The notes beneath the pieces were generated by a model, which was given only the letters and a program-made list of their open reading frames with translations, made no database searches and was not told the DNA's origin. A stretch of DNA of 64,000 bases. Origin: Octopus sinensis. Taxonomy: Eukaryota. The DNA lies in NCBI RefSeq assembly GCF_006345805.1, contig NC_043008.1, positions 57,598,001-57,662,000 of the forward strand, in the 5' to 3' direction. Below, piece by piece: positions 1-11,945 of this stretch. A program made the translations under genes and the position numbers. Position 1 is the stretch's first letter, and each line of letters begins with the position of its first letter.

Positions 1-11
1 GCTTCTTTCTC

Positions 12-51
<40 letters not shown>

Positions 52-178
52 TGATTATAATATAATATAGTATCTATATATATATATATATATATATTAT
101 CTATATATATATATATTATATATATATATATAATATATTATAGATAATATAATATATTATATATATATATATATATAT

Positions 179-217
<39 letters not shown>

Positions 218-430
218 ACATATATATATATATATTATATACATACATATATATATATATATACATACATATATATACATATATATATTGTGCGTATCAT
301 CCACACCCACCCATATAAATGTGTGAATGTTTATGTGTCTAAGTGATATGTGTGTGTTGTGTATATATATTTATATATATTATATATATATATTACATAT
401 ATATATATACATATATATATGTATATATAT
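1..430. repeat. (TA)n-dominated microsatellite
   Basis: Direct reading. Confidence 0.97.
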
Positions 431-1685
431 ATGTGTGTGACACTTGTGAAGACCTGTTGAGGCAGAGGCAAGTGTGTGACACTGTGGAGACTGTTGAGGC
501 AAGTGTGTGACCCTTGTGAAGACCTGTTGAGGCAAGTGAAAATCAAACCAAATCAAAATAGATGAATATCAATGGAATTTGTATCTTTGTGGTTCCAGTA
601 CGGTGGCACACAAGAAAACCATCCGAACGTGGACGTAGCTGGTACCGCATCGACTGGCCTCCGTGCTGGGGCACAACAAACACCATCTGATCGTGGCGTT
701 CGCCAGCATCACCTGGCACCTGTGTCGGTGGCACATAAAAACACCATCCAAAGACCCGGCGACGTAGTCAGTCCACCTGTGCATACCTTCCTCTTATGAC
801 ACTTGTGAAGACCTGTTGAGGCAGAGGCAAGTGTGTGACACTTTGTGAAGACCTGTTGAGGCAGAGGCAAGTGTGGTGACACTTGTGGAGACCTGTGAGG
901 CAAGTGTGTGACACGCGTGACACTTGTGAAGACCTGTTGAGGCAAGTGAAAATCAAACCAAATCAAAATAGATGAACATCAATGGAATTTGTATCTTGTG
1001 GTTCCAGTACCGGTGGCACACAAGAAAACCATCCGATCGTGGCCGTTCGCCAGCCACATCTGGCCACCTGTGTGGTGGCACATAAAGACACCATCGAAGA
1101 CCCGGCGACGTAGACAGTCCACCTGTGCATACCTTCCTTCTTGTGACACTTGTGAGACCTGTTGAGGCAAGTGAAAATCAAATCAAATCAAAAACAAATC
1201 AAAATAGATGAACATAAATGGAATTTGTATCTTTGTGGTACCAGTTGCCGGTGGCACACAAGAAAATCATCCGAACGTGGCCGTAGCCAGTACCGCATAG
1301 ACTGGCCTCCGTGCTTGGGGACGTAACAAACACCATCCGATCGTGGCCGTCCGCCAGCCTCATCTGGCACCTGTGTCGGTGGCACATAAAAACACCATCC
1401 GATCGTGGCCGTCCGCCATCCTCGTCTGGCACCTGTGTCGGTGGCACATAAAAACACCATCCGAGCGTGGCCGTTCGCCAGCCTCGTCTGGCACCTGTGT
1501 CGGTGGCACTAAAAAATCACCCACTACACTCTCGGAGTGGTTTGGCGTTAGGAAGGGCATCAGCTGTAGAAACACTGCCAGACTGACTGGCCTGGTGCAG
1601 CCTTCGGGCTCCCCAGACCCCAGTGAAACCGTCAACCCATGCTAGCATGGAAGCGGACGCTAAATGATGATGATGATGATGATGA
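431..1685 (+). mobile_element. Tandem of three RTE-type LINE 3' ends with internal 33-40 bp and 62 bp repeats and a (GAT)n tail
   Basis: Units restart at AAGACCCGGCGACGTAG (751, about 1096); the shared 3' block AGGAAGGGCATCCAGC...GCTAGCATGGAAAGCGGACG-(GAT)n recurs across the window. Confidence 0.75.
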
Positions 1686-1704
1686 TGTATATATATATGT
1701 ATAT

Positions 1705-1757
<53 letters not shown>

Positions 1758-1788
1758 GTGTATGTATATATGTGTGTATATATATATG

Positions 1789-1828
<40 letters not shown>

Positions 1829-1943
1829 AGTGTGTGTATGTAATATGTGTGTATATATATATATATATGTATGTATATTATATGTATGTATATATATGTC
1901 CATATAAATGTGTGAATGTTTACGTATGTCTATAAGTATGTGT

Positions 1944-2010
<67 letters not shown>
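1686..2010. repeat. Compound (TA)/(TG) microsatellite
   Basis: Direct reading. Confidence 0.95.
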
Positions 2011-2039
2011 ATTTTATTTATTTATATAGCATTACATGA

Positions 2040-2535
2040 GCTAGCAATTACAAGGCAGCAGTCGCCAAGGGCGGTAACTCCTAAGCCTAGCGTCAGTCGT
2101 TCTGGTGAATAGTAAAAGCGACGACGTCTTGTAACTCACAACTGAAAAACGTAAACACTATCCATAGACACCTTCATCTATTCAACACTTATCACATATT
2201 GTCGACTGTACCAATTATTATTTTTTTATCCTCCTTCGTTTGGTCGTTGTTGATAGATTTTTCTACAGTGCTTTAAAGAACACATACACACACATATATA
2301 TATTTTCCTCTGCCTAATTTTCTTTATCTGTCCTTTTTTTTTTTAACGGCCATATATCCCTGCCCCTCCCCCCTCACTTTTGCTAATTAATTAATCATCG
2401 CTGGCTTTTTTTTTTTTTTTTCTTGCGAGCGAGAAAGAGGAAAAGTTCAACATTGCAACAACACGAAACAAACAATAATTCCCCCCTCCCCTCAACAACA
2501 AAAAACTTTCCGTTGAACGCTTGTCTTCAAGAAAG
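2040..2535 (+). promoter_or_regulatory. CpG-rich promoter-like region and candidate non-coding first exon of DCAF12
   Basis: Unique sequence with many CpGs against a CpG-poor background; possible donor AAG|gtaaaa at 2535/2536; the ATG exon begins at a splice acceptor, so an upstream exon is implied. Confidence 0.4.
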
Positions 2536-3475
2536 GTAAAAACTTATAATTTATTTAATTCTACATTTTCTTAATTCAATGTATCCTAATTATCTTTTTT
2601 TAATTTTAATTCTATGTGTTGCGAGAAATATGGAAACATGTCGTTGTCTGTCAGAACTCAAAACCAACTTTTTTTTCCCTTTATTTTTCTGTAATTTACA
2701 AATTATTAACTAGAAACGTTCCGTCTGTCACTTTGACAACACTATATTTACATATGTATATATATGGACTGCTTTCTATGTCGAATTCCTTCTTTATCAG
2801 TCTGAGAGTTCTGCATGTTCTTATATATACATATAAGTATACGTGTGTGTCTGTGTGTAAAGCACATCAGCCGTGTGTGCCCCTATGTATACTGAAACAA
2901 GAGTGGGGCTAAAAACTGAAATAGAACGATCCTGTTGTGTAACATATATGCCGTATGTTAAAACTGAGTGTTGTATAGAATTAGTCTGTTAGTAACACAG
3001 CCAAATATGCCCCCCACTTTGGTATTTCTCTTATGAACTGACATTTATTAGAACTGCGTTATTCTATTGTTTGTTCCCTGAAGAGTATTTTACTAGGAAT
3101 AGACGTACCGAAGTTTAGTTTCTCCAGCTGACCCCTCCTTTTTTTTTCCCTGCCAGTTTGGTGTACTCTAGTGAAGTCAGGCATTGTCATTTAACAGTGC
3201 GATCTTTTTTTTTTTTTTTTTTCACATACAATTCACTTATTTATTCATAAATAGAAGCTGGGGGTTCTTTGTTGGCAGACAAGTCTGGCCAGACATGTTA
3301 TATAATATTTGATTGACTGTTTTGCTTGTTGAACAGACATTAATGCCAGTTAATTGCGTTAAAGCCCAATGCAAATGCAATTTGTATGTGATGGTTGGGA
3401 ATTGTAATTAATTCCACTAATCTACACGGAGTAAATAGCACTTACATATTTTGTGTGTGCATGTATACATATGTG

Positions 3476-3558
<83 letters not shown>

Positions 3559-5637
3559 ATATATATATTATATATATATATATATATATGATGTTTTTGA
3601 ATGGCTGTCTTCTACGCTGTAATTGTTTTACTATAATCAGTCACAGACCAAATCGCTTGCCAGATGAGTACATCTCACACACACTTATATATATAAATAT
3701 ATCGAATTTAAAAAAAAGCGACTGAAATTATGAAAAGTTGGATGTTATTTATTTTCATAAGTTGATGTTGTGTTGGGGGATTTTTTGTTGCTGTTGTTTG
3801 CTTTTCTTTGTTAGATTTTTATTTTTTCTTCTTAGTATGAAATTATGGATTTTTTGGTCTTTCGCTTTATGTCTTTATTCCCCAACCCAGTTTATATTGT
3901 ACTCGATAGGCATAGTTTCGGTTGTAGTAGCGAAACTTCGCCTACTCGATAGTCTACTGTTTATCGACTAAATACTGTTGTGTCACTATTATTGAAACGT
4001 AGTTTAGTCGCCTACTTTCCAGACTCTTTATGAATGTCATTCCCAGCTTTTCACTCAAGTAGTAACCACAACGAGTAAACTAACTATTGCATCAGCAAAA
4101 GACAAAAGAGAGAGAGAAAAGACCAACAAAAAAAAAAAAAATAATACTTAAATGCTAACGGATTAGTTGAGGAAAGGTGGGAGGTTAAATTCGGTGGTAG
4201 TAAAAAAAAAAAGCATCGTTTTGCGTGAAGAGATAGTAATGGATGTGGTTAACAATTAGTCCGGACACTTGATTTGTCTTCAGCTTGATCGGGGGTGGAA
4301 GATAATTGCGAAACAGCATTCACATTAGTTGTGTTAAAACACTGCTAATGACATTTTCGTAATGTTTGTGTATGTATGTACACACACACGTACATACATA
4401 CATACATACATACATACATACATACACATCTAGTGTCTGCGATATGTCTGTGCAGCACATCTGGGGTTTTTTTTCTTCTTTTTTTTTACTATCAAGGGTG
4501 TTTTGGTAATCAAGAAATTATCTGCTTTGCTTCTACGTATGAACGCCACATTGTCAGTTCCCACTCTCTTTTCTATCTCTGTACTTGAATTACAAATCAT
4601 TATTATCCTACAATTCAGATGACATCGTATTTCGATTTTTAATTTAAATTACTGACATGGGATTGCTCCACCCCCCCCCCTCTCTCTCTGTACACACACA
4701 CACACACATACACACAAAGAAAGGGAGATGGTAAAGACTTTGGAAAGAAATTTTGAAGAATTTGTATTGTGTGAAATAAAAGAAAACCAGTTGCATGTGC
4801 AACTTTTCAAATTCACTTCAATTTTAAAAGCACAAGCTACAAAAACTCAACATTTAAAAAAATTATTGGCACTGACAGAGGAAGAACTGTGAGATGTAAA
4901 TAAAACTGGATAAGCTAGGTTTTAATTGCCTATTAATTGCGTATTTCTAATTTATCATCAATTAATGTTCGCATTCTGTGATGGTATAGGTTGGATGATT
5001 TGACTGGATCCAGTGGGCCCAAAGAGTGCATCAAGCCCTAGTGTCTGCTTTGGTATGGTTTCTATGGCTGGATGCCCTTCTTTTTGCCAACTGCTTTACA
5101 GCATATGTTGTTGCTGTTGTTGTTAAGCAACAAGACGGGTAAGGGTGATTAGGTGATGGTCTAGGGCTTAGGGTTGGGAGACCCCAGACTTTAGAAAAAG
5201 AAAACTTTGGTCGTCTTGTTGTAGTCGAGGGCTCTTTGTTGACGCCCGACACCACTGGGAGGTGGCCCTCGAAGTCGCTGGAAATGGAGATCTCCAGGTC
5301 CAAATTCTTGAACGGCTTACAGCATGTGTGGGATGCTTTTTTCCCCCTGCCCAACCTGAACTAGTGAAGTTTCCATGCAGTTTGCAAGACTCCAAACCCA
5401 AAGAGGGCAGCTTTATGCTAGGAGATGAAATATAAGAAAAAGAGCCAGGAACAGCAGAGAATTCTTGCTGTAGAGGATCTATATGACTACTCACATTTTA
5501 GAAGAGAGGTTGGGAGTGACTGAGCAGAGGTGGAAAGCAATGAAATTAGTAGTGATGCGGTGTTAGGATAGACATTCAAGCTACATACTAAGGAGAAATG
5601 TGTGAGGCTGAAATTCTAAAGAATAATTTATTTAGCG

Positions 5638-5975
5638 CAGTGGGTTCTCAACCGGGGTTCATATAAGGTTTTTGGGGTTCCATGTAGCAAAATTGTAAAT
5701 TGGGGATCCACAATAGTATTTTAAGGGCCACTGGAAAAGTTTTGCTTTAGATGTATGTATTGGTATGTATTGCATGAAACAGCTTGGTTCCTTTCTGAAA
5801 CATTTTACAATAGTTCAACCTTCACAAATGAATGTGTGAAAAACAAAACTGGAATTTTGAAAGCAGTTTCTATAAAACTAGTTCTTAGGCATCAAATGGC
5901 TATGGGAGTCCACCAGAATAAAACAGTAATGAAAGGAGTCCATAGATAAAACAATGGTGGGAGCAGAAAATATTC
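5638..5975. mobile_element. hAT-like MITE remnant
   Basis: Starts CAGTGGGTTCTCAACC; a related end CAGTGGTTCTCAACTGGGGTCC lies at about 42837. Confidence 0.5.
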
Positions 5976-6474
5976 CTTGTCCCAGTGCATAGTATAAGGC
6001 TGGAAGTATTATTCATAAGTTCAGATTCTAGAATGCCATGTTTTAGGTTCATCCATTTCTTCAAGACATACACTGCATCTGCATTTAAATGTCCATGTAT
6101 TTGCCTTGAAAAAGTTGTAACCTTGCATCATCATTGTCATCTGCAACCTGCACTTGAGTTTGGTATAATGACAGACGTCACATACTCCGTTCTAGCGATA
6201 GTGGCCTAAGCTCATCGGCAATCATGGCACCACCATCCTTCATCGAGTTCTTCTCTGTGGTTTTGGAAGGACATGGTGTGACGCCATCTTGGAAATCTCC
6301 AGCACGCATGCACAGGGTTGGAATCTTCTGGAAGGCCTGCCAGAAGTTCCCTCGTGGTGCATCTCTGCTATGCTTGAACGGGCAGGATTAACTCACTCCA
6401 CTAGACTACTACCGATAAGCTCCTAGGCTGCCGATTCGCCCAGAGGAAGGAAATGTTTATATTGCGAATATATT

Positions 6475-6690
6475 GCAAGCTGGCAGAAGCGTTAGCACGC
6501 CGGGCGAAATGCGTAGCCGTATTTCGTCTGCTGCTACGTTCTGAGTTCAAATTCTGCCGAGGTCGACTTTGCCTTTCATCCTTTCGGGGTCGATAAATTA
6601 TGTACCAGTTACGCACTGGGGTCGATATAATCGATTTAATCCCTTTGTCTGTCCCCTCTATGTTTAGCCCCTAGCGGGTAATAAAGAAAC
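6475..6690 (+). mobile_element. SINE family B, full length
   Basis: GAGCTGGCAGAA...GAGTTCAAATT (B box)...GACTTTGCCTTTCATCCTTTCGGGGTCGATAAA...AAAGAAA; flanked by the ATATATTGC duplication. Confidence 0.9.
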
Positions 6691-8071
6691 ATATATTGCG
6701 AATCAAAGGATAAATATTTATACTGCTGAAGTTAACGGAAAATCTTGACTCTTTCTTCAATCATTATTTGATGTAAAAGATGCGAGCAGCACCCCTCCAG
6801 TGCGGGAATCTCTCATCCTGTTACAGACACTTATTGCCATCAATATACCACAGACAAAGTTCATCACGAGGAAAGTTTACCAAGAAAATATGTCCATAGT
6901 ATTTCATCATTAATAGTTAAAAACTATTTTATTGAAAAAACAAAAAAAACTGTGAACTGATGACTGTGAACTTCACTTGTGGTAAATTGATGATGGTGAA
7001 CTTTCCCTGCAGTGCATTGATGACAATAAACTTACTGGATATTCTTATGGCTTATCCTGCCTTCCTTGTGTTGGTAGTTCCTAGATTTTGACTTGGCTGG
7101 CAGACAGCTCTGAATGTCTTTGACAATGCCTGGCAAGTTGTAGCGGTCTTCTTGCTTCTTTGTCGGTCAGCTGAGGAAGTTTGTATTGCACCACCTATGA
7201 AAGAAATGTTTCCTGAAGACTAAGGAACTAAGGTTAAGTGGGTTAAGATGGGTTTCTTGGTCAAAATTCTTCCACTGTCTTTGAAATATACTCCCACTCT
7301 TCTTGTATTCCTCTAAATTCTCTCTCACCAAACCTTTCACCACAATATATATCAACCCCGTTTTCTCAAGATCTTATATGAAACCCTCCTTTCCCTTGTT
7401 GCCAAATTAAACTTGCCTCCAGTTTTTAAGCCTTTGATTGACCAAAATAGAATAATACACAGCTTTAGCACCACAACACTCCATCATCTATAAATTAAGC
7501 TTATTCTTTTTAAGTACAGTATCGAAAGGGTGGAAAATTCCATTTGAAGTTACTAAAATATGAGACACACCTATTCTTATGGTTTTTACATTCCTAACAT
7601 TGTTCAAAATTTGATATGGGAATACATTAGTGATGTGTTGTAGTCTTTCTTGGTTTCTTTTAAAACCAGAAATAGCTTTAACTGGATTGAAACCCAAAGC
7701 AAGAAGCCTCCTAACCAACCACACCCTTTTAAACCTTAATTACCAGATAATTATTCTAAAAAGAAAAAGTGCAGCACTTTAGATGGGATATATCTCAATA
7801 AAGATGTCAATATTAATTAGAATCAATTGCTATGAGTTTAATTGTCTGTAATGCAGACCCTGTGATTTGGATAAAATCATGGTTGTCATTGGTTCAATCT
7901 GCCGCATTCAAAACATGTTTGATTCCTATTTCATGTATGTGTAATTAATTGTAACAGCAAATGCATTCCTTCTTCAGAAATATTTGTTCTTACAATTTAT
8001 AAAGGTTCATACCAAAATAAAAAGTATAAATATCATAAAATCCATTCTACCCACAGAAAATTAGAAAAATA

Positions 8072-8865
8072 CTGTATTTGATGGCATAAAAGATGCACTG
8101 TGTACATTAGATGCACTTCAATTTCAGCAACACATATTCAAGAAAAAAATTTTAGTGCACTCTTCCATTCATCTAGGTCAGACAGATCATATAACTCTTC
8201 CACACTAGACAGTTCAATTGAGTCATGACGCATGAATGTCTGACCCAGGTTTTAGCTACATTGGTCTTTCACTAACTGGAGTATCTCATCTGCACACCCC
8301 ACAGCTACAGATGACTGCAGTGGATTCAAAATCAGAACAAAAAACCTCCAAATATACCACACCCTTTAATCCTTAATTATCAGAAAATTATTCTGAACAA
8401 AAGGAGAAGGTGAGATACTGCATCTGCAGCATCTCATCTGCACATTCCACAATTATAGATGATAGCAGTGGTTTGATGGCCAATGACAATTTGTTGACTG
8501 TTTATCTGCTCATCATTAAGTGATATTTGACATTGATTCAATAAGTTTAATCATCAAAATAGTTCACATCCACCATACTGCATCTCCTGATTTAAACACA
8601 CTCTGGTTTGGGTGCTTACATGCTATTTTACCAATAGCTGGCATCCTGACAGATGCTACTACTTTGCGTCAGAATGGATCTCGGAACAATAGTGGCCGAG
8701 AGGTGGTTTCCCCATTCCTCAAAACCTTGGAATCCTTAACCAAGGTTCCACTTCCATGTGCAGTTTAAAATGATGCACTAAAGCTTGTAATATCTGCCCA
8801 ACTTCATGTATTTTGTGATGCATTATTTTTGGAAAAAAGTGGGTCTTGTGTGCCATCAAATACAG
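8072..8865. mobile_element. Non-autonomous pogo/Tc2-like DNA transposon
   Basis: TIRs CTGTATTTGATGGCA(TAAAAGATGCAC) and its reverse complement at about 8839-8865; TA at the left flank. Confidence 0.7.
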
Positions 8866-9159
8866 GAGATAAAATATTTATTGTAAAATGTCTTCATGAA
8901 AATATATTTTGATATTTGACATTATTGGAACCAATCCAAGACAAGACAAAGAGCAACAGATTTGCTAATGAGACTTGGCCCATATATCTATTACTTGCTA
9001 ATGGATCACACTACCAATTATGTGACAAAGCACCAAATTAGAGTACTGATCATTCTTTGAGCATCGCAAAACTTGGGGTAGAGAGCCTTGTCGTGTTGGT
9101 GGAGGACATTTGGAAAAGACCAACGTTTCCTAAAATACAGGAGGATCAGTTAATTATGA

Positions 9160-9318
9160 TTTTATTCAGTATATTCCCCCCTCGGATTCACTCACTCACT
9201 GCAACAGTCCTTCAGTTTATCTAAGCCCTGTAAAAGAACTTGGAAGGCTGGGCCTCAACCAAGCCTTTAGTTATACCCTTAAAGCCAGGAACTTTTCAGT
9301 GCCCCACCCCTCTCATGT
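9160..9318 (-). mobile_element. Partial mariner-derived MITE (same family as 41581-41779)
   Basis: Reverse-complement match to the 41581 copy, including AAAGCCAGGAACTTTTCAG. Confidence 0.7.
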
Positions 9319-9429
9319 ATGTGTGTGTGTGTGTGTTTTACTGTCTCCTTTCTTTGAAAATTGTAAATAAGTGTCCTTGTCATGCGAGTGGTGTTCTTCA
9401 TTCCCAATCTCTGTTTTAGATTACTAATC

Positions 9430-9632
9430 TTCTCTTTACTTGTTTCAGTCCTTTGACTGCGGCCATGCTGGAGCACTGCCTTTAGTCAAGCAAATCGACC
9501 CCAGGACTTATTCTTTGTAAGCCCAGTACTTATTTCTATCGGTCTCTTTTGCCGAACCGCTAAGTGACGGGGACGTAAACACACCAGCATCGGTTGTCAA
9601 GCAATGGTGGGGGGACAAACACAGACACACAA

Positions 9633-9693
<61 letters not shown>

Positions 9694-9822
9694 ATATACA
9701 CACAAATATATGACAGGCTTCTTTCAGTTTCCGTCTACCAAATCCACTCACAATGCATTGGTCGGCCCGGAGCTATCGGTTGTCAAGCAATGCTAGGGGG
9801 ACAGACACACAAACACACACAT

Positions 9823-9865
<43 letters not shown>

Positions 9866-10031
9866 CATACATATATATGACAGGCTTCTTTCAGTTTCCG
9901 CCTACCAAATCCACTCACAAGGCATTGGTCGGCCCGGAGCTATAGCAGAAGACACTTGCCCAAGATGCCACGCAGTGGGACTGAACCCGGAACCATGTGG
10001 TTGGTTAGCAAACTACTTACCACACAGCCCC
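9430..10031 (-). mobile_element. SINE family A with an internal tandem duplication of about 185 bp
   Basis: tRNA-like head (TGGCTGTGTGG...GGTTCAGTCC) on the minus strand; microsatellite-bearing middle block present twice. Confidence 0.9.
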
Positions 10032-10726
10032 CCCCTCACCTGCAGAAAATTGCTTAGCTAATCCTTATAGGAAACTATTCTGTTTGACACAAGGGGGTGC
10101 TTCTGCTAAGAAACATTTATGGTTACTGTTGCAAAACTCCCATTCAACTGGAATCACATTGGTTCAAATCATGTTGATAACCGAAAATAGATTTATCAGC
10201 TTATAAAGTGCATTTTCTTTTGTCAAAAAACTGTCCCAGAAAATCAGCTTTATACACACAGTTCTAGATTCGGGGTTCTGACAACTGGTATTTAGATCCT
10301 GCAAGTTGCTTGTAAAATGAATGCTTCAAAGTATTTTGGACCCTCTCGAAATTGAGAAAGTCATACATGATTAAAGAAAACAAGGACAACTTTAGCAAGC
10401 ACAAAAAAAGAAAAAAATCCGGTCCATCTATCCACTTTCATCACCTACTTATTCTAGAGAGAGTCACAGGGCAGAACCCATGAACTTTCTTTCCAGAGAG
10501 TCCTAGAAGCAACTGCCTGCGAAATGATCTGGATGGATCTACAAGAAAGAGCATTCAAAGCTATGGATATTATCCATTTCCTTAGTGGGCTTCCTCAGAG
10601 TTCCCTGCCAATTGGCCTTGCTCATAAAAAAAATAATTTTCTTTCTGCAGTTCTTTCTTCAGATGTTCTAACCATATTCCTGTAGTAGCAGAGCCATGTC
10701 TTGCCAGTGAAAAACGAGAGGAAAGC

Positions 10727-10897
10727 AATTTTGAAATAGGACAGATTGCAACCATGAATGAAACACCACTAGTGCCAGATGTACTTTGTATTAACATGGT
10801 TGAAAACCATTCTAAGACTGTGACCTTTAAAGCCTCATGTCATGAGAAAATTCATTAAACAGCAGTACAGGCTTGTGCTGATGGCACTAAATTACCA
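10727..10897 (+). pseudogene. pogo-family transposase fragment
   Basis: NFEIGQIATMNETPLV...KTVTFKASCHEKIH*TAVQACADGTKLP matches the pogo motif (MDETP...GHEK...ADGTKLP); internal stop. Confidence 0.8.
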
Positions 10898-11666
10898 GTC
10901 TCAGATTACTCTGTCATATATAATACTTATTTATTCACATTGTTTTGAAGTAATCATACATTATATCAAAGCTTCAAGATTTTGACAATGTGATTATTTT
11001 TAGAAAGACAGTGTAAGGTAGATGCAAGGGACCAGATCTGGTTGGTCTGAACATAAGATGGGTAGAATAATTGGGCTAATTACAACAGGCTTCTTTCCGT
11101 TTATGCTGTTGCTTAATGTTTGACCCAGTAGAACCATGACCAAACATGTTTTAATCTGATCATCCTTGATTTTATTAAGATATGGACATGTAGTAATAAG
11201 TTTGCTTCCCAACCTTTCGGGTTTGTTCCTACTGCATGACACATGGGGTGATGACCAAAGTCCCAAAGCCTTAAGAGGGGACAAACAAAGACAGACAAAT
11301 GGATTAAGTCGATTATATCGACCCCAGTGCGCAACTGGTACTTATTTAATTTCCGTCTGCCAAATCCACTCACAAGGCTTTGGTCAGCTCAAGGCTATAA
11401 TAGAAAATACTTGCCCATGGTGCCGTGCACTTTTTCTTAGGCTGCTCACAGTATGAGGTAGATGTGTGTGTTGACAATGACCACACCAAAGTTTGAGTTT
11501 TCCGCTATTTTATTAACCTGCATTGTTATATCTACAAATGTTACAACTAATAAATTAAGGGAACAAAATTCAACTAACTTAGCAATTAGGAATCTTCTGT
11601 ATATATAACTTACTGGATGGTTTGAAAATAATGCAAGGAATTTAAATCACTGCATGTAATTAATAC

Positions 11667-11945
11667 ACCTTATTTCTCTACTACCCACAAGGGGCTAAAC
11701 ACAGAGGGGATAAACGAGGACAGACAAATGAATTAAGATGATTATATCAACCCCAGTGCGTAACTGGTTCTTATTTAATCAACCCGGAAAGGAATTTGAA
11801 CTCAGAACATAGCGGTAGATGAAATACCTATTTCTTTACTACCCACAAGGGGCTAAACACAGAGAGGACAAACAAGGACAGACAAACTGATTTAGTCAAT
11901 TATATCGACCCCAGTGCGTAACTGGTACTTATTTAATCAACCCCA
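11667..11945 (-). mobile_element. Two abutting or nested truncated SINE B copies
   Basis: TATTTCT(C/T)TACTACCCACAAGGGGCTAAACACAGAG occurs twice. Confidence 0.85.

Noticed and set aside
431-1510. CRISPR-like appearance of the short repeats
   Set aside because: No unique spacers, eukaryotic context, no cas genes; the repeats belong to an RTE 3' UTR
5160-5180. CTAGGGCTTAGGGTT, telomere-like
   Set aside because: Fewer than two perfect units; chance level
7280-7750. Possible L1/Tx1-like ORF2 remnant on the minus strand
   Set aside because: Only faint motif resemblance with many stops; could not be supported
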